NCBI RefSeq assembly: GCF_022539665.2
Contig: NC_081333.1
Span: forward strand, 620,001-684,000
Direction of reading: 5' to 3'
Length of the DNA: 64,000 nucleotides
Source of the DNA: Daphnia carinata
Taxonomy: Eukaryota
In this document: piece after piece, positions 13,254 through 24,900 of the stretch
How positions within the stretch are numbered: the first letter of the stretch is position 1
Layout: every line of letters begins with the position of its first letter
Position numbers and translations under genes: made by a program
Notes under the pieces: model-generated
What the model was told of the DNA's origin: nothing
What the model saw: the letters and a program-made list of their open reading frames with translations, nothing else
Database searches by the model: none

Positions 13254-14476
13254 CTAATCAATTATTCGTTCTTGGGCAGAAACCCATCGCTTCAAGACCA
13301 CAACATTTAATTTCAAATGTCTAAGACATTCCGGAGTGGTTAACTTAGGTACAGGATGCATGGGCACCACATCACACAGTACAAGCTCCTGTCAAAAATA
13401 GCAAAAGTGTATTAATAAAACTATAGGAGGAAAAGAAATTTTACTTTTCAGTGCAAACTACCTTTGATACAGATTCTGTAATACGGTTTACAGTGGCAAG
13501 TTGTATCCAACTGTCAATACTTTCATTAGACATGTTCAGGTCACGCACTACTACTGAATAAGATGCATGATGAAACTCAGGTCCTTGTTTGTATAGGACT
13601 ATATGAAAATGCATTCCATCATTATGAATCAAAAAAAAATTTAATAAACATAACATACTGAAATCTCCGCCAAACTTAAGACCCGATCGGACTACCCAAC
13701 CAGACAATCGAAAATGTTGATAAGATAGATATCTATGATATGACAGTTGTCAGTAAAAACATTTGCAATAAAGCATGTGGCTAAACATTTTAATTAAAAT
13801 AGTGTTAGTTAGTTAGACTAGCTTAAGGTTTAAAAATTTGCCTGCTGATTAGCTGTATAGAAAATATAGTGCAAAAAAAAAATCAAAACAAATTTTTAAA
13901 GCAGACGTTTGATGGGAGTAAACTAAATTTGCAATTGCAATAAATTTTTTCATACCGAGACAAAAAGTTGTTGGTAGTTTTCATAAACAAATCCCAGATT
14001 TCGTCCAGATTCAAGAATTTTTCTTCAAATTTTACTTGTAAACATCCAATGGCATAGCTTAGGAAAAATGCTTCTTCAACCATCAAGTTTGAAGTTTCGC
14101 TAACATCACTGGAAAATTAAGCATAATTAGTCATTGTGAAATGAAAATTACAATTGCTACAACTATTATCGGATATGTTTTTACTTCATAGATGATTCAA
14201 AATTTGGTAAGCTCCTTGAAAGATTTCCTTTCCCAAAACATCCCTAAATGCAAAATAGTTATTAAAATAGTTTTACATCATTTTAATGGGAACTAAACAT
14301 TGTGTAGTAGACCAAGATCATACATAGGAATACAATAGCTGTTTTTGCTCCACATCTTCGATCTCCACACTGCAACCATTAAACCTTCCAACGATATAAT
14401 AATTCGGCAGAGAACAAGGTGAATATCGTAAGGTACGAGCACCTTTCTTTCTTTTGAAGAAATTTTCTTTCGACAT
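13254..14476 (-). CDS. TSEN2: tRNA-splicing endonuclease catalytic subunit Sen2 (236 aa, 6 exons)
   Basis: Exons 14476-14324, 14243-14185, 14108-13956, 13732-13659, 13598-13462 and 13388-13254 join in phase (711 nt including TAG). Motifs: GCFGKGNLSRS, EEAFFLSY, YQHFRLSGWVVRSGLKFGGDF, LYKQGPEFHHASY (catalytic Tyr/His), SVSKEL (Lys), LKRW. Confidence 0.93.
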
Positions 14477-15455
14477 TTAAGCAGATAATAACTTTATTTC
14501 AGGACTCATCCATTTGTCATCACCGATTAGTTGTGGAATCACTTTAGGGAACCCGGTAAAATATGTACGGAGACAGAGGACGACAAACGTGTAACGATGT
14601 ACCATGGAAATCTTTGTGGAAAAGCAAAATGCTGTTATGAAACGTGGACTTCTACTGTTTAATCTTCTTTCCAGAGAACAGGCGGGGCGCAAAAAGGGGC
14701 GCTAAACGTGAGTTTCCCATGTTTTACCGTAAGCTGACAACGTTAGATATTTATTATACAGTTGCTTACCAATTAAGGTGTAATATATATATAATAATCA
14801 TTCATGTTCCTGTGCGTATCTTCAAAATATTTTCAATTAATTATATGATTTGTGGTACCTAATTAGAAGTTTTAAAAACTGCTGCATAATATTGTTTTAT
14901 TATTTTTTCATTCATAAGTTCATGAAAGACAAGTCACAAACGTAGACGCCATCTATTGGCAATTATCGTACCCATGATTTGCCAACTGTATAGAATTTTT
15001 ATGGGAAAATGTCTAAAAACAAGAAACCATTGAAATTCAAATTTTATTTATGGTGTTTTGCCAATCCATGAGCCATTTAGATTCTTACTACTATTTGTTT
15101 GCCCAATATTGAAAAAAGATTATTTTTTCTTATAACTGACTATTTTATTGATTATCTGACTCCCTAGACGTGTTTGAACATTCATACTTTTGGAGTAGCT
15201 AGGAGAAACTTTTTTCTTTGCTTGTTTCAAATTGTTCTTAATTAAATTTTCAATAAAAACTAATTGAACTTAGTGTGAATATAGGCACTAAACTGAAATT
15301 CGACGTTAAATTTTAGTGATGACTTGGTGTTTTGGAAAAAAAATGCAAGAAAACTTCGAGATTTCACACTTGCGGGGTTCACATCAGCGGTGCATTTGCA
15401 GATAAGCGCGTATGATAGAAAGAGATCTCATTCTGATCAAACTCAAAATTCGAAA

Positions 15456-18400
15456 ATGGTTAAGCGTTCAACATGCTACTTCGCAGTGTCGACAGTTCTT
15501 GCAGTTAGCGGTTTAGTGGGGCTCATCGTGATGTTGGGGACCAGGGTAGAACCATGCCCCCACATTCAGTGTACTCCAGAAAACCCAGATCCTTCGATCC
15601 TCCAGTCCTCACCAGATTTGATTACAACTTCTCATCTCACTTCTCCTGGCAGCTCACCAGATATTCTGCTAGAAAGAAAAATTGCTTCCCTCACCAAAAC
15701 CGAATTTTACGAATCAGATGTTAAAAATATCGACAACATTAACGTTCGGAAACCACGAGGAAGGATTATTTCTCGGACTAGTTCCTTGGAAAACGCTGAT
15801 GACAAAAAAAGTGAACGACCTAATAGACACTTGGAAATCCAGTCTACGATCAACTTGGAAGTCGAAGAGAAACTGACAAGTCTGTTGACATCTATTGTTT
15901 CCCCCGATATCGATTACGCAGTAGGATGGTATATGTACAACAAGATGTCGATACTCCTTTCAGAACAAGGAATGGACGAGAATATCAAAACGAAAGTTCA
16001 GCAAATCCTAGAAAACATAATGGATCGACAAGACAACGACCAGGCCATTAAACTGCAAATAGTGAAACTCTTGTCAAGAATTGCTTCGCAAAACACCGAG
16101 GAGGCCCTAAAATGGAAAATACTCAAACTTCTCTTGAAAATAGTTTCACAAGACACAGAAACGAAAATGAAGTCAAAAATGATAACCATCCTTCAAGCTA
16201 TTACCGACGAGAACAGATTCGAAAGAAAGCTGAAGTCCGCAAATTCTCTGTCTGCAATCGTTGACTACCACGCCATAGATGAAACAAGATCACAAATGGA
16301 AAATATACTTTCTATGGTAGTCTTCGATATTTCTCGTGAGGATGGAAGTCCGCGCGAGAAAGGAGACATGATGATCTTGTTCTCGAAAATACTTGGTGGT
16401 CTCAACGGACTGGAAATGGACGATAATCAAAAATTAAATATGATTAACGTTCTCTTCAGTGTTACTGATGAACAAAAATCACCTGAAGCGACCCCTGCCG
16501 AGAAACTAGACCTGTTGAATGTGTTCTCAAATATCCTTCATGAAACTAAAGCACTTGAATTGGACGTTGAACACAAATCAGAAATGATTAACGTACTCTC
16601 CAGTGTTGCACGTGAAGGAAACACACCAGATGCGGTACTACGTATGAAAACAGACATGACGAAAGCGTTCGTGAAAATACTTTATGGCCTCAGAGGATTG
16701 GAATTGAACCGTGATCAGAAATCAAAAATGATTGAAGTTCTCTCCAAATCAGAAATAATCAACGTACTCTCTAATATCGCAGGTGAAGGAAACACACCAG
16801 ATACGGGGCTACGTATGAAGACAGACATGGCGAACATGTTGTCGAAAATACTTCGTGACCTCAGCGGATTGGAATTGGACCGGGATCAGAAATCAAAAAT
16901 GATTAAAGTTCTCTCCGGTGTTATTCATGAAGAAAAATCACCTGAAGCGGGCCTTACCGAGAAAAAAGACATGCTGAATGTTTTCTCGAATATCCTTCTT
17001 GTCACTAAAGAACTTGAATTGGACGTTGAACACAAATCAGAAATGATTAACGTACTCTCCAGCGTTACCCGTGAAGCTAACACACCAGATGCGGGATTAC
17101 GTATGAAATCAGATATGACGAAGGTGTTCTCGAAAATACTTCATGACCTAAACGAACTGGAATTGGACCATGATCAGAAATTGAAAATGACAAAAGTTTT
17201 CTCCAGTGTTACTGACCAAGAACAATCACCTGAAGCGGGCCCTGCAGAGAAAAAAGACATGCTGAATGTTCTCTTGAGTATCCTTCATGGCATTAAAGCA
17301 CTTGAATTGGACGTTGAACACAAATCAGAAATGATCAACGTACTCTCTAATATTGCACGTGAAGGAAACACACCAGATGCGGGGCTACGTATGAAGACAG
17401 ACATGGCGAACGTGTTGTCGAAAATACTTCATGACCTCAGCGGATTGGAATTGGACCGTGATCAAAAATTAAGAATGATTAAAGTTCTCTCCGGTGTTAT
17501 TCATGAAGAAACATCACCTGAAGCGGGCCCTGCCGAGAAAAAAGACATGCTGATTGTTTTCTCGAATATCCTTCTTGGTATTAAAGAACTTGAATTGGAC
17601 GTTGAACACAAATCAGAAATGATTAACCTACTCTTCAGGGTAACCAGTGAAGATAAAACACCAGATGCGGTATTACGTATGAAAACAGGCATGACGAAGG
17701 TGTTCTCGAAAATGCTTAATAACCTTAACGGACTGGAATTGGACCATGACCAGAGATCAGACATGATTAAAGTTCTCTCCAGTGTTACTTATGAAGAACA
17801 ATCACCTGAAGCGGGCCCTGTCGAGAAAAAAGACATGCTGAATGTTTTCTCGAACATCCTTCATGGCATTAAAGCACTTGAATTGGACGTTGAACAAAAA
17901 TCAGAAATGATTAACGTACTCTCCAATGTTGCCCGTGAAGAAAATGCACAAGATGCAGGACTACGTATAAAAACAGGCATGACGAACGTGTTCTCGAGAA
18001 TACTTCGTACCGTCAACGGACTGGAAATGGACCATGATCAGAAATCAAAAATGATTCAAGTTATCTCCAGTGTTATTGACGAAGAAAGATCACCTGAAGC
18101 GGGCCCTGCCGAGAAAAAAGACATGCTGAATGTTTTCTCGAATATCCTTCGAGGCATTAAAGCACTTGAATTGGACGTTAAACACGAATCAGAGATGATT
18201 AGCAAAACCTTCAGTGTTGCCTTTGAAGAAAAAACACCAGATGCGGGACTACGCATGAAAACAGACATGACGAAGGTGTTATCGGAAATACTTCATGATC
18301 TCAGCGGACTGGAATTAGACGATTATCAGAAATCAGAAATGATCAACGTTTTCTCTAGTGCTACTGCTGAAGAAAAATCACCTGAAGCGGGCCCTGCCAC

Positions 18401-18842
18401 GAAAGCAGACATGCTGAATGTTTTCTCGGATATCCTTCATGATATGCAAGCGCTTAACTTGGATGTTGAACAAAAATCAGTTATGATTTACATATTGCTC
18501 AGTGTTATCCGTGAAGATAGCACATCCATAGAAAGCCTTGCCGGGAAATCAGAAGTAACCGATGTATTCTCGAAAATGACTGCTGAAGTCAATGACGAAA
18601 CCTCTAAGGAGGATAGTCTAGAGAATATACCAAACATGGCAGACGCGCTCGGGGACTTATACGATGAAGAAGGATCACTGGAGTCATCGTCACTTGACCT
18701 GCAGTTCAGCCAAATGATGGGAAAAATCTCTTTTTTCTATTCACTGCAAGATCCAGACGGTAAACTGAGAGTTCTACAGTTAATGTCAGAAACCTTCCGG
18801 ATGAAGATTCCTATCCAGCCGACTGAAGAAGAATCAGAGTAA
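15456..18842 (+). CDS. Intronless uncharacterised protein (~1128 aa) with N-terminal signal/anchor helix and long tandem helical repeat array
   Basis: 3.4-kb uninterrupted ORF. The likely start is ATG 15456 (AAAATGG context), not the TTG at 15324. Hydrophobic stretch CYFAVSTVLAVSGLVGLIVMLG follows the start. Repeat copies diverge without frameshifts or stops. AATAAA at ~18896 and ~18927. Confidence 0.85.
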   Translation: MVKRSTCYFAVSTVLAVSGLVGLIVMLGTRVEPCPHIQCTPENPDPSILQSSPDLITTSHLTSPGSSPDILLERKIASLTKTEFYESDVKNIDNINVRKPRGRIISRTSSLENADDKKSERPNRHLEIQSTINLEVEEKLTSLLTSIVSPDIDYAVGWYMYNKMSILLSEQGMDENIKTKVQQILENIMDRQDNDQAIKLQIVKLLSRIASQNTEEALKWKILKLLLKIVSQDTETKMKSKMITILQAITDENRFERKLKSANSLSAIVDYHAIDETRSQMENILSMVVFDISREDGSPREKGDMMILFSKILGGLNGLEMDDNQKLNMINVLFSVTDEQKSPEATPAEKLDLLNVFSNILHETKALELDVEHKSEMINVLSSVAREGNTPDAVLRMKTDMTKAFVKILYGLRGLELNRDQKSKMIEVLSKSEIINVLSNIAGEGNTPDTGLRMKTDMANMLSKILRDLSGLELDRDQKSKMIKVLSGVIHEEKSPEAGLTEKKDMLNVFSNILLVTKELELDVEHKSEMINVLSSVTREANTPDAGLRMKSDMTKVFSKILHDLNELELDHDQKLKMTKVFSSVTDQEQSPEAGPAEKKDMLNVLLSILHGIKALELDVEHKSEMINVLSNIAREGNTPDAGLRMKTDMANVLSKILHDLSGLELDRDQKLRMIKVLSGVIHEETSPEAGPAEKKDMLIVFSNILLGIKELELDVEHKSEMINLLFRVTSEDKTPDAVLRMKTGMTKVFSKMLNNLNGLELDHDQRSDMIKVLSSVTYEEQSPEAGPVEKKDMLNVFSNILHGIKALELDVEQKSEMINVLSNVAREENAQDAGLRIKTGMTNVFSRILRTVNGLEMDHDQKSKMIQVISSVIDEERSPEAGPAEKKDMLNVFSNILRGIKALELDVKHESEMISKTFSVAFEEKTPDAGLRMKTDMTKVLSEILHDLSGLELDDYQKSEMINVFSSATAEEKSPEAGPATKADMLNVFSDILHDMQALNLDVEQKSVMIYILLSVIREDSTSIESLAGKSEVTDVFSKMTAEVNDETSKEDSLENIPNMADALGDLYDEEGSLESSSLDLQFSQMMGKISFFYSLQDPDGKLRVLQLMSETFRMKIPIQPTEEESE
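16410..18520 (+). repeat. Coding tandem repeat: 144-bp (48-aa) monomers alternating A/B, forming 288-bp (96-aa) units
   Basis: The anchor CTTGAATTGGACGTT (LELDV) recurs at 16554, 17013, 17301, 17589, 17877 and 18165, with a degenerate copy at 18453. Spacing is exactly 288 bp except for the first interval (459 bp). Confidence 0.95.
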
Positions 18843-18895
18843 ATCTTGTCTACACCTCTTACAACTTAACCTTTTTCTACTTTCGACCACAATTC

Positions 18896-18932
18896 AATAA
18901 AAATACTGTTTGTGTAATTTGGCCTGAATAAA
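18896..18932 (+). terminator. Putative polyadenylation signals of the repeat-protein gene
   Basis: Two AATAAA hexamers 55-90 nt after the stop codon. Confidence 0.5.
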
Positions 18933-21900
18933 ATACAAAAAATTAAAAAAAAATGATTGTTATTCTATTTCATTATTAAGTAGCGATTAATAACACAGAG
19001 AGACCTCATGCACGAGGCGGATACAGGGTTCCCGTAGTTTAGCAAAGTAGAAATCCACCATGTAGTTTTCACTACACCAGGCTTACTGTCACTGTTCAAT
19101 AGAAAATTTTGGCAAATTATATTTCCTCCTAGGTAATACTACACGGCAAACTCTGTGCACTAGTTTAGCATCTGTTTATCTAGTTAGCAAAATAAAGCCA
19201 TATTATTGTTATAGTACACAATATTAGTTAGGGAAATCTTAAGTCAAATATAGGGCCGGAGTTCCTCTGTGAGGATGGAGGAGGAGGGACAATGGCCCTA
19301 CACTTAACTTAAGATTAAGGTTACTATCATTGTCGCGGGGAGAAAGAAGAGTGATTAGCTCTTCACAGGAATGATTCACCAGGCACCCACTTTTAGAAAG
19401 ATACGGAGGTACGCAGTCGGAACCAGGGTTAATTCGCGCAACAGTATAAAACGGTGATGCGGAACTCCGTTGGTCAAGTCCCCATCCGGGGAGCTCTCGG
19501 AGTTTACTAAGGGCTTACTGCGGTATACTAGCGAGCAACTACAGCAGCATTTTGGCGGACAGATATAATGGGCGGGTCGGCGGGCACAGATAGGGAGGGT
19601 TTCGAATTAATACTAAAGAGTAAAAAAACAAAATGCGTGGACCGACTGGCAGTCTAAAATGGCAAAAAAAGGCGTTAAAAATTTTTTCATGCCACCTATC
19701 CCCCGGCCCTGGACATGCTCAAAGTTACTAATACCATAAATAGTACAGTACACTTCAGATGCAGCCCATGTTTCAAAGCAACTGCGCTACGCATGCTTAG
19801 CTCCAGAGATGGCGTTGTGGCGGCTGTGTTCGAAATACGTAAGGAAGAAAGGGGGGCTAGTTGGCACGGGGGATGGTGGTAAATCCCGTTTTTCGCGGCC
19901 ACCAATCAAATTGAAATCCTGGCAAAAAATATAATTTAAAATCTCAAAATATAATTCAAATGGATTGCCATGGCAACTCGGTAACACCATTACAGCTTCG
20001 AAAAACACATTTAAATAAGTAATTTTTCATTGCGACCAACATAAACATACGCTCATTCACATCAAGTAAGCCGCTGAATTTTCATACGAAGAACAGTCGA
20101 TATTTCGTACATATAGCTGTAGCTGTTAAAGGCCCGTATCATTTCTGCGTTACATAATTAATCGCGCTAATCTGGCAGCATTGAAAACAAACGACTGCTC
20201 TTGTGTTGCTGTAACGTTATAGTCGTGTATAAGGTGACCAAACCTAGCTTTGCTGATTAATGATTGATTAAAAATCTGATTGGTCAGAGGCCATTGCATT
20301 GAGTATGCCAGCAGGCAGCAGCAGTCACATGCACAGTTCGAAGCGAACTGGATTTGTTGGCTGGCCATACCTCCAGATGGTTATCCTTTACTGGCTGTCT
20401 GCATTTGCATATATAGAATAGCTATGGATACAAGGCATTCGACAGATATATTTGATCGCGTTTGGCTTGACCGCTTTAGATGAGGGGACCTCGAACTGAC
20501 CGATAAGGTAGACCAATGAGACATGTTTCGGTTGACGTGATGAATTGAGCATTGTCCCCTGTCGTACGTGAGCTTGTTCGACAGCTATTCGTTTCTTCGT
20601 ATTATTTCTCTTCTCTGATACGGGCTAAACTTGTTTCTTTCTGTTTTCCATTTTCCCTTTTTTTTTTTCTTTTGCTTTCTGTCTCCCTCCTCTTAAATCG
20701 TGAAGCTCCTTTTTTGACCATTACTAGCCCAACCTTCTACCTCGTCGCGTAAGGAGTTCTGCACCAAGCCGCCATTGGAGACGATATGAATGAATAGAAC
20801 ATATAAATGCAGATAAATGCCAGATTGCTGCCGTGGCGTTGGGGTGATAACCTTGGTGGGTTGGAAAGACGAGTCATACCTTGAATACTAATCGTTCGTT
20901 GTCAACACCATACTATTTATCTTGCTTTTTTGTTTTTCTTTTTGTTTTTGTTGCTTTTCTTATTTATTTATATTTTTCTTGCTGTCCATCTCGTTAGTTA
21001 GTAGCTAACTTGGCTAGTTCTAACCCATTTCTAGTAGACCTCTCGTTCTTTTGTGTGTTTCTTTCCCATAAATTCAGCCATCTCGATTTTTCTTCGAAAA
21101 CAATAACCCGTTCAATGACATCATTGTGTCTTTTCCATCAAGGAGAGAATTCTGACTCAGAAAAGTGGAAAGAAAAGGATCAACAAAAGAAAAAAAAAAC
21201 AATATTTAACTAACTTTTTCACCAGAAAAGATTTTCAAATGTAATTACTTCTACCAACTACATTTTAACAACATGTTAGTTAGTCTTATATTAAAAACGT
21301 ATTTAGATACAGGAAAAAATGATGGCATAGTACGATAGCGTTGTTAACTCAATCAATTTTGTCCACCTTTTGTAGAACCATCAGGCTCGTGGAGTTCTGT
21401 GAATTATCAAACATAATCGTTATGAGAGGCTAGCCAAGTTAATTTAGTACGCCAGGGACTTTTTAATTGCGTACAGGTCTGTTTTGCAACCAGAAATGTT
21501 TCGTAAACAAATTGGCTGTGTATACGTATTTTACAATATTATATTAGGTGCTAGTTAATGTTTTATTCTATTTTTTTTTTTTTTTTAATAATTAAAATTA
21601 ATTTGACTACCAATGAAAATTTGAGATCGGTTTCCCAATTGAAGTTTTCCAAAGTTGAGTAATTGGTTTTGTCTTTTGCAGTTAGAGTTACAGGTAAAAG
21701 CACGCGTAGTGTAACCGTAGTTAGGTGTCCCAAGTTCCCGTGAAGGTCCTTCAAACTCCATATTTTTAAAAGTAAAAAGAAGCCAAAAAAAAAAAAAAAA
21801 AAAAAAAAAACACACAACTATCACAGTCTATTCTATCACCTTCACAGTTTCCCCTAGATGAAGCTAGAACTAATGAGCCGTGGTCGGTCGTCTCCTTTCT

Positions 21901-24900
21901 CTCTGCCTCCCATTCCAAATGTAGCGATGATGCATAGCAACGAGTGTGCGATGAAACTCGGTTGAGTTTTTATCTGATGGGACGGATACCAACTGGCTCC
22001 TTCATGCCGTTCTCTCTTGTTGTTCTGCTTCCCCATTCGTCTACGTCCACTTTCTTATACGAATCGGCTTGAAGTCTACAGAATAAAAAGAAAAAAACTG
22101 AAAAAGGAAGAAAAAAAAAAAAAAAAAAAAGAAACACAAAATGTCTGATTGTATCTTGCTGGCGTTTGTACTGAACTGGACCCACCTTTAATAGTTGGTA
22201 TTTAGAAAAGTAGCGGGCCAACAGACTTTTATTTTTGTTTTTGGTGGTTGTAATCAGTAACCAGCACGGTGAAGCTATTTGTGTTGTTAGTCAAGAGAAA
22301 TATCTCCTATAATCTTAGGAACGTGGAACCTTTTGAATTTTCAATGGTAGCAACGCACCACATTCAGTTCTAAGATAAAAAAAATTCGGATTTTCGTACG
22401 CGAGAATCCCTATTTCTCAGTCTTGCCTACCATTAGAGAAATAACAGATTTTTATGTAGACTATCTTACCCGGAAAAATTGAAGCTCATATTATTTTATT
22501 TTTTTTTTTTTTTCTTAGTTACTCGTACGAGACTCCCCTAAAGAACGTCATCCATTTAGCATTGTCTGCAGTCACGATTGCGTTAGACTTATTGTATTTG
22601 GGAAATACGCTCTACAATTTTTCAAAGTAGACAGCGTACTAGGCCTGCTATTATTTTGAGTTTTAATCCACATTTTCTTTATGTTTTAGTTATTGAAAAC
22701 AGCCCGTTTTTAACACAATGTGTCATACAATTATGTCTTTTTTTGTCAGACAGTGATATTATTCCTTTATCCAGCAATGAATGAGTGTAAGGAATTTGGG
22801 CAAAGGACGATTTTGTTTCGTGGGCGTGGGGAAAAGGCAACAGACGTCACCGTTCTCGAGAGAATGTAACCATGTTGGCATTGCTATCTCTTTGAACTGG
22901 CTTCTGTATAAAAAATGCACTTAGTTCAATTCCATTCCTTGGTTCTTGCGGCTTTCACGCGTCTCGCTCACAAGGCTGCAGCTAAAATCCGCGTGATTCA
23001 CCCGCTGGCCTGTTTCGTGTTGACATATAAGCTTGCATTCTGGGGCCGATAGCATTCGGTTTGTTCTTTCCCAATTATTAGTGGTTCCCTTTTATTCGTC
23101 TTGTTCCTCTACAGCTTCTTCCATTTTTTTTTTTTTTTTACATGGCGCTGGCCTCTGTTTGCTTGTTTCTTAAAATCTCAAAATAATCCGGTCGTTATTT
23201 ATAGGAGCACTTGGATTAAATGAATAGCAGAACAAGAAATAACTTTGAATATTCAAATGTTGGAGAAAGCTTCCAGTCATTGTTAAATTGCCTTAATAGC
23301 AGAAGTCGTGACTAATAAATGTATTTAATAGCTAAACGCACAACTAACAGAGCCGGAGCGGGAAGGAGCCATTTTGAAAAGACTCTAATAATTTAAAAAC
23401 AAACGGACAAAAAAGTTTCGGAAGAACGGTTGACCTTTCGTAAAACAAATTTTATTTAAATGTGAGGAAAGTAACATTTGTGGTGAAGAAATGCAATAAA
23501 GAGAGTTCGTTGGTTGGAGGAATTTCGGGCAGCTATATTTCCGGAGAAGAAAAAAAAAAAATAGAGGATAAACATTCCGCAAATCGAACGTAAACTGCGC
23601 CAACAATCTGGCCTCCATGCTATACCTCAATGGAAAAATCATGTCTCAAATCTCCAATAATTGGGGTGGCAGTTATACACACGGCTAAGTTGGCTGTAGC
23701 ATCCGAGTTTGCTGCATTTCAACTGAATGGGCAACTCAACGCAAGGGCTTTGGAAGCACTCCGTTTCGAATTTCAGAGCTTGTTGTTTGTAAATGGGACA
23801 GGCGGATGGCGGATTAGCATGGGCTTCTAGTTGATCGTCTTGGCCATACGGCCTCTCTCTCTCTCCGTCCGTAACAATCCCCGATTTTGATCGGCCACAG
23901 CGTCCAATCAACATCCAGTCAGCATTCCTGTCAAGTTTGGTGCTAATCAATTCCACCACTCGGATAATTCCCTCTCGTTATCGTACGCCTCTCTGCTCCA
24001 ACCTTTTTTTTTTTTTTTTTTTTTTTTACGGTGGACATTAGCAATGCCGCTCTGCATTTCCAATCATCTTTTCTACGTTATGAATCACAGTTTATGAAAG
24101 GCGAACTTGAAAAAAAAAAAGGGGGAGGAAACCAATTCAGAGAGGCTAACCTAACAGGGCCATATACATAGATGTAATGTAAATAATAGAGAGCGGTACG
24201 AGGAACTGACGAGATGTGAATAAAAGCTGGAAGAGGGAATAAAAAAGGAGAGAAAATATCTAATAATAAAATAACCCGTGTTGCTTTGCAATCGCGCCCC
24301 CTCCCTTCACCTCTCTTTTACTCACCATCGCTCTCCTCTCGTCATCTTTGCCGTCCTCTTCCGTATCCTCTTTCGGGAAGCCCTGATTTCCCCTTCCCAT
24401 TCTTCCTCCTCTTTTTTTTTTTACGGTGACTATATTTAAAACCCCTGGCACCGCAGTTTTACCCCATACTACAGCATGTCTAACCTACCCGCTATATTCC
24501 ATTTTGCCTCTCTCCCTCTCTCTCGTTCTCTTCACTTTCCCGTTTTTTTTTTGTGCCCCCCCCCCCTCCCCACCTCTCTTAGTACTGTCAAACTGTTCGA
24601 CGCGTTTTCTATACTTTCTTTTTATATTCTAGATCCTTTCTTTTTTTTTTTTTATTTCCTTTTAAATAATATAACGATCGAAGCGCGGAGCTCCACAAAA
24701 ACCCCAAGCCCCAAACCGTCGTCCCCCTCTCCCCCCTTCTCTGGATTCCTTATACAACTGTATCAGCCGCTCCATCTCGTTGCTCCTCTTTAGACGCATC
24801 CAGCATTTAAACGAACACGTATAGAGAGGAGACACAGCATATCGTATTCCACCTAGTTTTTTTGTTGTTGTTGTTGTCGCCCTTTGCTCTCTGTCTCCTT

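Noticed and set aside
13254..14476. TSEN2 about half the length of the human protein
   Set aside because: Catalytic motifs are intact and the missing part is the variable central insertion; not evidence of a pseudogene.
15324..15455. N-terminal 44-aa extension of the 1172-aa ORF
   Set aside because: It begins at TTG under prokaryotic-style ORF calling. The first ATG is 15456, directly before the hydrophobic anchor.
17501..18268. Repeated minus-strand ORFs inside the repeat gene
   Set aside because: Antisense shadows of the coding repeat.
16410..18520. Regularly spaced repeats as a CRISPR-like array
   Set aside because: The entire 288-bp unit repeats in frame, there are no unique spacers, and the context is eukaryotic.
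24146..24155. CTAACCTAAC, complementary to two TTAGG telomere units (telomerase-template-like)
   Set aside because: A 10-nt match in any phase and strand is expected by chance in 64 kb, and there is no supporting promoter or structure.
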